From Gammaproteobacteria bacterium (GTDB lineage Bacteria; Pseudomonadota; Gammaproteobacteria; Ga0077536): a DNA stretch of 64,000 nucleotides. The notes beneath the pieces are model-generated. The model searched no databases. It was not told where the DNA came from and worked only from the letters and a program-made list of their open reading frames with translations. Positions 49,643-59,933 of the stretch are shown here, one piece after another. Where the stretch lies: NCBI GenBank assembly GCA_965223085.1, contig OZ244981.1, forward strand, positions 4,289,161-4,353,160, written 5' to 3'. Position numbers and translations under genes: made by a program. Position 1 is the stretch's first letter, and every line of letters begins with the position of its first letter.

Positions 49643-49902
49643 ATGGCGGCGAACGACAGCCTTGCTGCGTGCTGCTCGTGCACATGAATAAGTTATATAT
49701 AAAACAATTACTTATATTAGGTTCTGGGGGATTGCTCACAGCTTCTCTGATCACCTATAACATTAATAAAAACCTGTATTCGATTGTTAAACATAATTTT
49801 TTTTAAGAAACTGCTTGCATGTTACTTCGTAGTTCGCTAAAAATATGTCCTATAAGATCTTAATCATATGAAGGTTTTCTAGAGGTCCCGAGGAAACAAC
49901 CG

Positions 49903-50406
49903 ATGCCTATGAATCGTTATCACGATGAAATGCACGCCTCGATGCTAATGCCCAATTTAGTCCCACATACGGCGGAAGCTAATTTCACTTTAATCAAAAA
50001 CGAATTCATTCCGCACCCCCGCGACTTTCCTTTCACTATTCGACGCTTACCGCGCTGGCCGCAGTTATTTCGGCGTCAGCGCGCACCGAGCGCCGACGTT
50101 GGCTTGCGGTTTCGACATGACGCATACCTGCCAACTGGTACGCGTATAGAGGTGACGATCCCTTTGCGCGGCGCGCTGCAAAAGTTCAACGGCACTGTCG
50201 TTTTGGTTCGGGAAATCTGGCGCGGCTATGAACTCGGCCTGTGGTTGGACGACGTCGAAACCGGTGTGCGCGCGCGACTCGTCGAGCAAATTTGCCACCT
50301 CGAGGCGACCCTGGACCGCCAACGTCGCAAGCCTAATCAACGGCAAGCGGCGCCCTCCCGACGACCGCCACTATCGTCACACTTTACGCCGCGACCCGTT
50401 CACTGA
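49903..50406 (+). CDS. hypothetical protein, possible non-canonical PilZ-like beta-barrel domain
   Basis: 167 aa with an RRQRAP (RxxxR-like) motif followed by a beta-rich region (GTRIEVTIPL...GTVVLVREIWRGYELGLWL). It lacks a clear DxSxGG motif. Preceded by a 250-bp AT-rich islet. Confidence 0.35.
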   Translation: MPMNRYHDEMHASMLMPNLVPHTAEANFTLIKNEFIPHPRDFPFTIRRLPRWPQLFRRQRAPSADVGLRFRHDAYLPTGTRIEVTIPLRGALQKFNGTVVLVREIWRGYELGLWLDDVETGVRARLVEQICHLEATLDRQRRKPNQRQAAPSRRPPLSSHFTPRPVH

Positions 50407-50538
50407 AACTTGGCAACCTCAGCTTGCGCTAGCGTGCGCGCATGTTTGGTATCGAGCGTGGCGGCGATGCGTCTGACACTAAGTGCGAGTGTAATCCAGC
50501 GCCATATCTCCTAGGATCACGATTGATTCGCTGTTGGA

Positions 50539-51585
50539 TTGATGCCTGCCATGTTCTACGACTATGCAATTGAGTACGGTTTTTTTGTCGCCAAATGGCT
50601 CACCGTACTAATTTCCCTCGCTTTGGTATTACTACTAATTGTGGCCTTGAGTCTACGTGCTCGCACACAGACATCCGAGCGCCTGGAGATTACTCATCTC
50701 AACGATAAATATAAATCTATGGAGCTCTCTTTACAGGGGCAACTATTGCCGGCGAAGGCGTTCAAGCAGCGGCTCAAAGAACATAAAAAATCACAAAAAG
50801 AACGTGCAAAATCAGCGCCGGAGGCGACCCCGAGGAAACGCGTATTTGTATGTCGTTTCAAAGGCGATATCAGGGCATCGGGCGTCAAGCGCTTGCGCGA
50901 GGAAATCACCGCAGCGCTGTCGGTCGCACGCCCGGAGGATGAAGTCGTCGCATTGCTTGAAAGCGCCGGTGGCACGATACACGACTACGGTTTGGCCGCT
51001 TCGCAACTCGCGCGGGTGCGTGAACATAGCATCCCGCTTACAATCTGCATCGATGTCGTTGCCGCCAGCGGTGGCTACATGATGGCTTGTGTGGCCGATC
51101 GCATTTTGGCCGCGCCATTTGCAATTGTCGGTTCTATCGGTGTGATAGGCCAACTACCGAATTTTCATCGCTTGTTGAAAAAACACGACATCGATTTCGA
51201 ACAGATTACCGCAGGTCGTTACAAGCGCACGCTTACGATTTTCGGCGAAAACACGGACGCAGATCGAGAAAAATTTGAGAAAGATTTAATTGCCGCGCAC
51301 GATTTATTTAAGAACTTCGTGCGTAAATACCGACCATCATTGGACATCGAATCGGTCGCAACCGGTGAACACTGGTTTGGCACCGAAGCGCTCGAGAAAA
51401 ACCTAATCGATGAAGTTCAAACCAGCGACGAATATTTGACAACTTCAGCACGCAACGCGGATATTTATGAACTGAAGTACATCGACAAGAAATCGTGGTT
51501 AGAACGCACGTTGTCACATACCGCGGAAACCAACAATATCGAACACCGGGAACTGCTCAAACATTTCGCACCTCCTCGGCAATGA
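50539..51585 (+). CDS. sohB: S49-family periplasmic protease SohB
   Basis: 348 aa with an N-terminal TM, a lysine-rich linker and an S49 (ClpP-like) domain (AASGGYMMACVADRILA). Length and architecture match E. coli SohB. Confidence 0.8.
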   Translation: MMPAMFYDYAIEYGFFVAKWLTVLISLALVLLLIVALSLRARTQTSERLEITHLNDKYKSMELSLQGQLLPAKAFKQRLKEHKKSQKERAKSAPEATPRKRVFVCRFKGDIRASGVKRLREEITAALSVARPEDEVVALLESAGGTIHDYGLAASQLARVREHSIPLTICIDVVAASGGYMMACVADRILAAPFAIVGSIGVIGQLPNFHRLLKKHDIDFEQITAGRYKRTLTIFGENTDADREKFEKDLIAAHDLFKNFVRKYRPSLDIESVATGEHWFGTEALEKNLIDEVQTSDEYLTTSARNADIYELKYIDKKSWLERTLSHTAETNNIEHRELLKHFAPPRQ

Positions 51586-52798
51586 TCATCAAACCCTGGT
51601 TTAGTCGTGGACCCGCTTGGGCGTAGCTTAAACGTAGACACTCGTTTAGATGCGGCCACGGTGCTTGCAAGCCGGGACCAAAATAAGGGCCGGGGATCAC
51701 GAGCACCCCGCGGGCTTTGAGGCGCTCGTAGAGTTCTAGCGTCGTGATCGGCAAGCCCGGGAACCATAACCACAAGAAAATCGCGCCACCGGGCTGGTGA
51801 ACGCGAAAATCCAAATCATGAAATGCCTCATGACAGGATCGTAACGCGCGCTGCGCGAGATCCTCATAATACGGTCGCACTACGTCTCGGGCTAGCGTCA
51901 AAACCTCCCCGTTGGCTAACAGGTGCGTGGCAACGGCCGCGCCTACGGAACAGTTTGCTAAGGTCAGGCCGGCATTTAAGGTAACCAATACGTCGATCAA
52001 GGCTTCTGATGCGATCACGATCCCGGTGCGCAAACCAGGCAAACCGAGTTTCGATAGGCTCATGCACAGGACAACACCCTCATCCCAAAACATCGTCGCG
52101 GGCTCAAAGAGAATGTTTGGAAACGGCAAGCCGTAGGCGCCATCGATAATTAACGGAATGTCGGCCTCGCATGCGAGGCGGCGTAAGTTTGCAAGTTCAG
52201 TGTCGCTGATGACGTTGCCAGTCGGGTTGGTCGGACGGCTGACGCAGATCGCTGCGGTATTCTCATCGATCGTCAGCGCATCGAAGTCGACGTGATATTT
52301 GAATGTCCGTGCATCCAGTAGCTCGATGCGAGCAGCTTGTGAGCGCAGGATGCTAGATGACATCCCAAGATCGTTGTAACCGATATATTCTGGTGATGCC
52401 GGCATTAGAATGTGACGCGCGAGCCCTTGAGGATCGTCGCCCGCGAGCGCGTTGAACAGCATGAAAAAGCTCGCTTGGCTGCCCGTCGTGGTCATAATAT
52501 GCTTGGCGCTCAAGGACCAACCGTAGTGGCCGTTGAGCAAATCCGCCAACGCCTCTAGAAACGGAAGATGTCCGCGCGGATCGGCATAGCACGAGGCCAA
52601 AGCACCGAGCTCCCCAGTGTCCGCAAGTTTTTTGAGGATATTGTCAAAGCGTTGCATCATCGTGGGGATGACGCTGGGATTGCCGCCGCCGAGATTGATC
52701 ACCTCGACGCCGGAGTTCAGGACCAGGCCGAGATCGTCCATCAATGAGCGTGTGCCGGTGCCGTCGGCCAAGCGTTGCCCAAATTTCGATAGTCGCAT
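51557..52798 (-). CDS. avtA: valine--pyruvate aminotransferase
   Basis: 413 aa, colinear with E. coli AvtA: LSKFG..., APEYIGY, FKYHVDF, CVSRPTNPTGNVI, SLSKLGLPG, PGGAIFLWLWF. Convergent with sohB, overlapping by 29 bp. Confidence 0.85.
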   Translation of the reverse strand: MRLSKFGQRLADGTGTRSLMDDLGLVLNSGVEVINLGGGNPSVIPTMMQRFDNILKKLADTGELGALASCYADPRGHLPFLEALADLLNGHYGWSLSAKHIMTTTGSQASFFMLFNALAGDDPQGLARHILMPASPEYIGYNDLGMSSSILRSQAARIELLDARTFKYHVDFDALTIDENTAAICVSRPTNPTGNVISDTELANLRRLACEADIPLIIDGAYGLPFPNILFEPATMFWDEGVVLCMSLSKLGLPGLRTGIVIASEALIDVLVTLNAGLTLANCSVGAAVATHLLANGEVLTLARDVVRPYYEDLAQRALRSCHEAFHDLDFRVHQPGGAIFLWLWFPGLPITTLELYERLKARGVLVIPGPYFGPGLQAPWPHLNECLRLSYAQAGPRLNQGLMIIAEEVRNV

Positions 52799-53527
52799 AA
52801 TCTGATTTCAGTGATTAACGGCACATTGTCGGATAGCCTGATGAGCAAACCAAGCGTTGTTACGGCTTACGACCTGTTCCCAGCTCGCGGCGGAACGCGG
52901 CATTTTCCAGCTCTTTCACACTCTTTCAGATCTTTCAGGCCGCTTTCAGGGTCGGACCAACCTAGGTCTTTGAATTCGCATCGCGATGGCACGGCCTTGT
53001 CGGGCTCACTGACGCTTAGAATCCGCGTTGCGCGCGCATGCTACGCGCTTACCCGGCGTATCACGTCAACCCAAATATTGGCACGACAGCACCGCACGCC
53101 TACGCTAGTTCCGAGCCTCACCTACATTCGCAGGAGCAGGACAAGGCGATAGGCGCGAGCAGACCGCATGACCGCACTCGGAACGAATAGCGATCGATGC
53201 CACGCGAAGTCGCTATCCCGCTTGTCCCGGCGCAGTGTGCCTTGCGCTCGGGTGAAGTAAGCGACGCGGGAGCTGGATGGTGGCGGCATCTCCAAAGTGA
53301 TCCCCAGGGTCTTTACATCGCGAAATTGGTATCTCAACTGCAATCTAAGGTCTTAAATCGCTGTGATTCACCACATTTACTACCTCAATTCAGTCGCTTA
53401 GATTGGTCCGACCCTGAGCACCGGCCCAAAATCGGCCATCTTACCGACTTACTGGGAAACCCGACGGGGATTAATCCTTACGGCACCTTTACGGGCGTTT
53501 GGGTGAAAATAAGCTCTACAATGACGC

Positions 53528-53881
53528 ATGAGACGCATGAATATAATTCGCAATCTTTACCATACACTCGGGCCACTACGCTGCATTTTGGCCGTCGTCG
53601 TTAGCGTCATTGCCGCCATGGGTCCATTTACCGACGGCCAAGTTATCGTGCACGGGTGGCGCCTGTTTACCAGCGTCGTGATACCGTCGCTAATGATGAT
53701 CGCGCTGTTCGTGCTGCTACTCGACATTACCATGTCACGGGTTTTCATGATCGACGCAGAGGCGTCCCATCAACGCCGTCTCCGCCATGCCATATATCTC
53801 GAAACGAGTTTGCTCGTCGTGCTTATCGCCGCGTGGTCTCCGTTCATCTTTAAAGTCTTGGATCTGTGGCCGTTCGACTGA
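53528..53881 (+). CDS. hypothetical small membrane protein (3 TM)
   Basis: 117 aa with three hydrophobic helices and no known motif. Confidence 0.4.
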   Translation: MRRMNIIRNLYHTLGPLRCILAVVVSVIAAMGPFTDGQVIVHGWRLFTSVVIPSLMMIALFVLLLDITMSRVFMIDAEASHQRRLRHAIYLETSLLVVLIAAWSPFIFKVLDLWPFD

Positions 53882-54027
53882 CTTCAAACAATTAGCGCAG
53901 ACGCAACGCGCAATCCCCAGCGTTGGCTGAATTATCGTGCGCGGGCAACTATCGCGCTTGCATTAATGGCCGTTTGTGCTAGCTTTGTATTTATTAAAAT
54001 TATTGTTTAATAAAACCTATTAACTTT

Positions 54028-54879
54028 TTGATAAATATGAAATATAAAGCCCGTAAAAATATCGATAGCGAGATCATATTGCACGTAGATCTCGGCGGGC
54101 GGGCACTTCGATTCGAGTCCCCAGAAAGCTTCGCATTCGCCCTCTCAGCGGAGGCGACTGTAGCGAGCAGTGATATTGCAGCGATGTTCTCAACATCGAT
54201 TCGACAGTTGTGCACCGAGCTGCGGCGACTGCGTGCGCTCCGTACGCGGCTGTGGGGGACCGGCAACAAGCCACCGAGCGCAACCGAACTGTTGCATATA
54301 CAGCGCAACAGCAATGGTCTAGGTAGTGCTTGGGACAAAACGGTGTGGCGGCAAGTGTTTAGCACCTTGGCTCGCTTGACCGCTACCGAGTCGCCCTATT
54401 ACGACGTAGCAGTGAACCACTACCAGCGCTTCTTATGCGCTTGGGAGGCCGCCCTGCATTCAAGCCTCGCGCGACGTGAAATTCCCGAGAAACTTCATGC
54501 GCGGCTCGAGACCAGCGATATCGAAACCTGGGCAGAATCATTAACACCGACTTGGCAACGTTTGCGGCCACGGCAAATCCTGAGTTTGCCGCGCGCACAA
54601 GAATTCATCACCCCCATTCGACTGGCCGATCAAGCTTTCGTACTCGCCTACTACGGTGCATGGCGCTGGATCGAACCGCACGGGCGATACCATAAACTTC
54701 GGCGCGGACGCCACATTCTCGGCCGCGATGCTAGTGACGGGATAAAACTATCGGCGCGTTACCGACGCGTGTCGCGGCGTCACCTGCTTGTCGAGGTAAC
54801 GCCGACCGGTATCATCAGTTTGCGCGACTTATCGCGCCACGGCACATCAGTGCCGAAATCACTCGCTGTACATTTGTAG
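54028..54879 (+). CDS. FHA-domain protein with uncharacterised N-terminal domain
   Basis: 283 aa. The C-terminal ~90 aa form an FHA fold signature (HILGRDASDGIKL...VSRRHLLVEV...ISLRDLSRHGTSV). The N-terminal ~190 aa are helical and unassigned. Preceded by an AT-rich stretch (53940..54030). Confidence 0.6.
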   Translation: MINMKYKARKNIDSEIILHVDLGGRALRFESPESFAFALSAEATVASSDIAAMFSTSIRQLCTELRRLRALRTRLWGTGNKPPSATELLHIQRNSNGLGSAWDKTVWRQVFSTLARLTATESPYYDVAVNHYQRFLCAWEAALHSSLARREIPEKLHARLETSDIETWAESLTPTWQRLRPRQILSLPRAQEFITPIRLADQAFVLAYYGAWRWIEPHGRYHKLRRGRHILGRDASDGIKLSARYRRVSRRHLLVEVTPTGIISLRDLSRHGTSVPKSLAVHL

Positions 54880-55410
54880 CACAATCGACAGATCCCCGCG
54901 ACCCGATCCTAGCCACGCAAGCGAGGATGTGTCCCGGAGGTCGTAGCGGCGTTCACCCAATGCGGGAAACTGAGAGACTCTTTATCATCGGTACACCAAA
55001 TAAGCTGTAGCTTGCTCGAAGCGGTCAACTGAGAATTCTAGGTTTAAGCACGGTCGCCTATGTATACGACCACGATGTTATCCTGACGTGCAGATAATGG
55101 TGATATGGGGCCTGGTAATGAACCGCAGGCAAAAAATAATCTTGCTCGACATCGTGGTTATCGTCGTTGCCGGCCTATTTTTTTGGCTCGTGGCACCGGA
55201 TCTGATAAGCGGCGCCGTCGACACGACGTTCGCCAGATAAGCGGCGCGAAATAGCTACCGCTACCACTCCGGCGGACTGAGGCGCAAGCTACTGCCCAGC
55301 TGGGCTTGTGCGTCATGCTCAGCGTAGCGACGGTTACGATTCGGGTTCCAGCACGGCGCCCAGACGATCTGCCCGTCACCAGCTGCCGCGGTCCTCGTGA
55401 AATATCTGGG

Positions 55411-58400
55411 CTAGCGATAGGCCCTAGCAAAACGCGAGCGCATAGCGCGTCGCGTCGTGCCGCGACCGATAAGCCTTGTACGCACACGTAGCCCGAGGTC
55501 CGTTGGCACCGGTTGCGCGAAATCGACCTCGCCATTAATAAGTGTCGCAATCAACTCGCCATCGACATAGGCGATTTGATTGCGCGGCGTGGCGGGGACT
55601 CGCGCTCCGGGAACCAATAGACCTTCGAGGTTTAAGGGATCGCACGCGCTGATAACGACGATGTCCTGATCACGCTCGCGCCGTCTTACCCGACGTAACG
55701 GCTCGAGTGCTTCGGGCGTGGCAAATTGCTCCCCCGATACGCCAGCAATAAATCGACCGCCACGGATCGCGCCGCTCGCTTCTAAACGTCGCAATGCCCA
55801 TAAGATTTCGCGCCATGAGGATAAATACGCCTCGCGTGCCAGCAAAGTTTTACACACGACTCCGTAGCGGCCGAGCAATCGACGGGCGATCGCTTCCGCA
55901 TCGCGTTCAGCATCGCCAACAGAACTGTCAGCCGGCAAGCCGCGTTGACGCGTGATAATCCCGTTCAAGAGCTCCCAACGTCCAGCATTTTCGATCACGT
56001 TAGCGGCTGTTGCCGGCGAACGCCGTCGGCCGGGCGCGTGGCGACGCTCACGCGTCGGCTTTATCAAAGCTCGGAGCCCAATAAAACTGTCGGCGGTGAC
56101 TAAACCCAGCCCGACTAACTCCGCAAGCGCCGCCTCACCGAGCGCGCGCGGAATATCTAAGGCGCTGATCAAATCATCGAAAAAAGCGGCACCATTACTG
56201 TGCAAATAAACATGCACGCGCCCCGCGACACCCTGTGGTTCGCCGTCATTATCCCAGGCGCGTGGCGTTCGCCATAAACCGATTTCATTGCGCGGTAAGA
56301 TCGCTATCGGGGTCGTGCCGATCGGCGCATGAGCACGTGTGCGCCGTGCCGATGGTAGCGATAATCGCGCCCATAACATGCGTCCCGTCGCGATCAATTG
56401 ATCAAGATGAGCAGGTGCAAAGTCCCGCACGCGACCGGGTAGCACATAACTTTCCCACGCGCTCGCTGCGATTTCGTAACCAGCCAATTGCACTAAGGCT
56501 GCATGGGTGGCTTCGACACCCACGCCACGATTAGCACCCGTGAGGCCGTGCCAGTCATGCAAAAAGCGCACAAAATCGACTCCCGAGACCGGTTCAATTT
56601 CGGCCCGTAGGCGCTTCAACGTGTAACGATGAATGCGCGCGAGCAAACCTCGGTCGCACCATTCCATGACCGTGGTCCCCGCGGTGAAGCGACCGCGGAG
56701 ACAAACACCGGCGGTCTCGAGCGCCACCAAGGCTTGTTCGAGAGCCGCAACCGGTAACGCCAACAGGGTCGCGAGCGCGCTCGCCGATACCGGGCCCAGT
56801 ACTTCTAAGTAACCCCGCACGAGCGCGTTAACGGCCGCCTCCGGCGGCGACTCGTGAGACGCCGACCACAGCCCACCGAGTTCCTCGTGACGTTCGGTCG
56901 CGAGCCAGAACCCGGCTCTTTCAGCTGGGTGGGCAATAAACTGCACGCGCCCTTGGGCACGCAAGGCGCCATACCATTCTTGTCCGTAGGCGGCATTTGC
57001 CGCCAGGGACGACGGCGAAATATCGGCCCGTTGCAATACGCTTGCGCCACGCGCACCGGCCGGCACCGCGCCTAAAATCAGCAAAGCGTCATGCAATTCG
57101 TCTGCCGAACGTGGTACGGGTGCAGTTTCTTCACGCACGCGCTCGATCGCGGCGGGATCCAAAGTCCCGAGGTCACTTGCTGTTGTCGGGTCGAGCCAAC
57201 GACGGGCTTGCACGGCGTGAGTGCGACGCTCTTCTAACGGCGCATCATCGAGAAACGCATAAGGATTAGCGTTCAAGACCGCCTGTGCGAACGGCGACGG
57301 TGCGGTTAAATCACGCGCATAGAGCGTTTTTTCACCCGCCGCGATCGCCCGTAATAAGTGCCGCAGTCCGTTAAGGTCCATCGCTTCATATAAGCAGTCG
57401 TTGATGGTTTGGCTCACTAAAGGATGATCGGGAATCTCGCGCTGGCCACGAATATTTTCGAGGCACGCGAGTTGATCCGGAAATACCACGCCCGCGAGGT
57501 CGTCTGCTTGCGTACGCAACAAGCGAGGCACGACTTTCTTGCCCGCACGAAAACGTTGAATCGCCAGCGCACAAGTTGCAACCCAACGCCACCGGATCGC
57601 GAACATCGGTGCATCGAGAAGCGCTTGCGTCAATACATCCTCAACCGTTTCCGGAGACAGAAAACGCCACACATCCTCCAAGGGAAAACTATGCACCGCG
57701 CCCAGGGATATCACGATCGCGTCCTCAACCGCGGCCGCTTGCAATTCGAAGTTAAAAGTACGGCAAAATCGTTTGCGCAACGCGAGCCCCCAGGCCCGAT
57801 TTAGGCGTGCGCCGAAGGGGCTGTGAATCACAAGCTGCATGCCACCAGACTCGTCGAAAAAACGCTCCATCACGAGAGTATCTTGCGTCGGGATTGTTCC
57901 CAAGGCACGCATACCACTCATAAAATAGTCGTAGATTTGTGCGGCAACTTCGCCACTACAAGTGGTCGCGCGCATCAGCCACGATACGATCGCCGCGCGC
58001 GGTGCATCTTGGGTCTCGGTACGGGTGACGAATTCGGATCGCAGGCGCGCAACCGCTTGCGATAATTCCATACTGCGCGCGGGCGCTTCTCCCAACCAAA
58101 AAGGCATGTTTGGTGTTTCACCGTTTGCATCGGCGACGCGCACTGCGCTCGCTTCGACCCGCAACACTCGCCAAGTCGTATTGCCCAACTGAAATACACT
58201 ACCCGGTAAACTTTCGATCGCGAAATCCTCATTTACCGTACCGACAAAGAGATTGCCCGGTTCTGCAATAACATCGTAATCAGCCGTGTCCGGGATCGCA
58301 CCGCCACAAGTCATCGCGGTCAGACGGGCGCCACGACGACCTCGTAGTACGTGATTTACCGCATCGTGGTGCACATACGCGGCGCGCCGCCCTTGCGCAA

Positions 58401-59778
58401 AGCTATAACCACGCGCCAACATCGTGACGACCGCATCGAAGTCTTTACGCGCCAGGTCGCGGTAACAATAAGCGCGCCGAAAACACGCGAAGAGCGCGTC
58501 GCTTGACCATTCTTGCGCCGCGACTTCGGCGACAATTTGCTGAGCCAATACATCAAGGTCCGCGTCCGCAATTTCAATGGCATCTAGCTCACCGCGTTGC
58601 GCCATGGCCAGCAACGCCGCACACTCGACCAGTTCATCGCGCGTTTGGGGAAACAAATGCCCCGCTGCGACCGCACCGACAGCGTGGCCCGAACGGCCAA
58701 CGCGCTGCAAAAACGTCGCCAGCGTACGGGTCGAACCCAATTGGCACACGAGATCGACCTCGCCGATGTCGATACCTAACTCCAGCGAGGCGGTCGCGAC
58801 CAATGCTTTTAGCGTGCCGCTTTTAAGGCGTTGCTCCGCGTCTAAGCGTCGTTCCTTCGACATGCTGCCGTGGTGCGAAGTAACAACGTCCTCGCCCAGA
58901 CGTTCGCTCAAGGCGCGCGCGACGCGCTCCGCCATGCGCCGGGTGTTGACAAAAACCAAGGTCGTGCGGTGTGCGGCGATGAGCGTCGCCATACGCGTGT
59001 AGATTTCCTGCGCGGATTCCGTCGGTAATACCGCTTCTAGCGGCGCGCTGGGTAGTTCGATCGCCAAACGCTGTGCGCGTCGGTGACCTTCATCGACAAT
59101 GGCACAATCTGCCACCGAGCCGGCGCCACCAAGCAGAAACGCCGCGATTTTATCGATCGGGCGCTGGGTCGCCGACAAGCCGATTCGAATGGGCTCCTGC
59201 AGCGTCAAGGCCGCTAATCGTTCTAAGGACAACGACAAATGCGCGCCCCGTTTAGAGCCCGCGAGGGCGTGTATTTCGTCGACAATCACAGTGCGCACGC
59301 GGTGTAACATTTCGCGGCCGCTGGCGCTGGTTAGAAGAATGTATAAAGATTCTGGGGTGGTCACTAAAATATGCGGTGGGCGGCGACGCATTAGCGCCCG
59401 CGCGCGCGCCGAGGTATCACCCGAACGGACCGCGACGCGGATCGCATGCGCCGGTGCGCCACGTGCGCTGAGGCACGCCTCGATGCCCGTCAAGGGTGTT
59501 TGCAGATTTTTCTCGATGTCGTTTCCGAGGGCCTTTAACGGTGAGACATACAAAACCTGTACGCCATCCGCGAGTGGCGCGGCGCCACTTTGGGCGACCA
59601 GATCATCGATAGCCGCAAGAAATGCTGCCAAAGTTTTGCCCGCGCCGGTGGGTGCTGCGACCAAGGTGTGGTGACCCCCTCGCAGCGCCTCCCAGGCCCG
59701 TACCTGGCAGGGCGTCGGCGCGGCAAAGCTGGCGTTAAACCAGGCTTGTACCGCGGGTTGAAATGCGCCTGTATTCAT
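55411..59778 (-). CDS. lhr: ATP-dependent DNA helicase Lhr (large helicase-related protein)
   Basis: 1455 aa with superfamily-2 helicase motifs (AAPTGAGKT, DEIH in VIVDEIHALAG, QLGSTRTLATFLQRVGRSGH), an Lhr-core WH/domain-4 region and a long C-terminal Lhr-CTD. Confidence 0.85.
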   Translation of the reverse strand: MNTGAFQPAVQAWFNASFAAPTPCQVRAWEALRGGHHTLVAAPTGAGKTLAAFLAAIDDLVAQSGAAPLADGVQVLYVSPLKALGNDIEKNLQTPLTGIEACLSARGAPAHAIRVAVRSGDTSARARALMRRRPPHILVTTPESLYILLTSASGREMLHRVRTVIVDEIHALAGSKRGAHLSLSLERLAALTLQEPIRIGLSATQRPIDKIAAFLLGGAGSVADCAIVDEGHRRAQRLAIELPSAPLEAVLPTESAQEIYTRMATLIAAHRTTLVFVNTRRMAERVARALSERLGEDVVTSHHGSMSKERRLDAEQRLKSGTLKALVATASLELGIDIGEVDLVCQLGSTRTLATFLQRVGRSGHAVGAVAAGHLFPQTRDELVECAALLAMAQRGELDAIEIADADLDVLAQQIVAEVAAQEWSSDALFACFRRAYCYRDLARKDFDAVVTMLARGYSFAQGRRAAYVHHDAVNHVLRGRRGARLTAMTCGGAIPDTADYDVIAEPGNLFVGTVNEDFAIESLPGSVFQLGNTTWRVLRVEASAVRVADANGETPNMPFWLGEAPARSMELSQAVARLRSEFVTRTETQDAPRAAIVSWLMRATTCSGEVAAQIYDYFMSGMRALGTIPTQDTLVMERFFDESGGMQLVIHSPFGARLNRAWGLALRKRFCRTFNFELQAAAVEDAIVISLGAVHSFPLEDVWRFLSPETVEDVLTQALLDAPMFAIRWRWVATCALAIQRFRAGKKVVPRLLRTQADDLAGVVFPDQLACLENIRGQREIPDHPLVSQTINDCLYEAMDLNGLRHLLRAIAAGEKTLYARDLTAPSPFAQAVLNANPYAFLDDAPLEERRTHAVQARRWLDPTTASDLGTLDPAAIERVREETAPVPRSADELHDALLILGAVPAGARGASVLQRADISPSSLAANAAYGQEWYGALRAQGRVQFIAHPAERAGFWLATERHEELGGLWSASHESPPEAAVNALVRGYLEVLGPVSASALATLLALPVAALEQALVALETAGVCLRGRFTAGTTVMEWCDRGLLARIHRYTLKRLRAEIEPVSGVDFVRFLHDWHGLTGANRGVGVEATHAALVQLAGYEIAASAWESYVLPGRVRDFAPAHLDQLIATGRMLWARLSLPSARRTRAHAPIGTTPIAILPRNEIGLWRTPRAWDNDGEPQGVAGRVHVYLHSNGAAFFDDLISALDIPRALGEAALAELVGLGLVTADSFIGLRALIKPTRERRHAPGRRRSPATAANVIENAGRWELLNGIITRQRGLPADSSVGDAERDAEAIARRLLGRYGVVCKTLLAREAYLSSWREILWALRRLEASGAIRGGRFIAGVSGEQFATPEALEPLRRVRRRERDQDIVVISACDPLNLEGLLVPGARVPATPRNQIAYVDGELIATLINGEVDFAQPVPTDLGLRVRTRLIGRGTTRRAMRSRFARAYR

Positions 59779-59933
59779 TTGCTTTCTTAGCGCTTAGGTG
59801 GGGCGACGATAACGCCGCAGATCACACCAGACACGCGAGCGTTGCCACCCACGCCGAGCAATGCTCCTCCATACCGGCTGCCACCACCTATAGTTAAAAT
59901 ATCGAGCCCTAAACCGTCATCATACACACGCCT

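Noticed and set aside
55158-55550. 130-aa minus-strand ORF overlapping the 3' end of lhr
   Set aside because: It overlaps the well-supported lhr reading frame out of frame, and its composition is Arg/Ser-rich, typical of spurious GC-rich ORFs.
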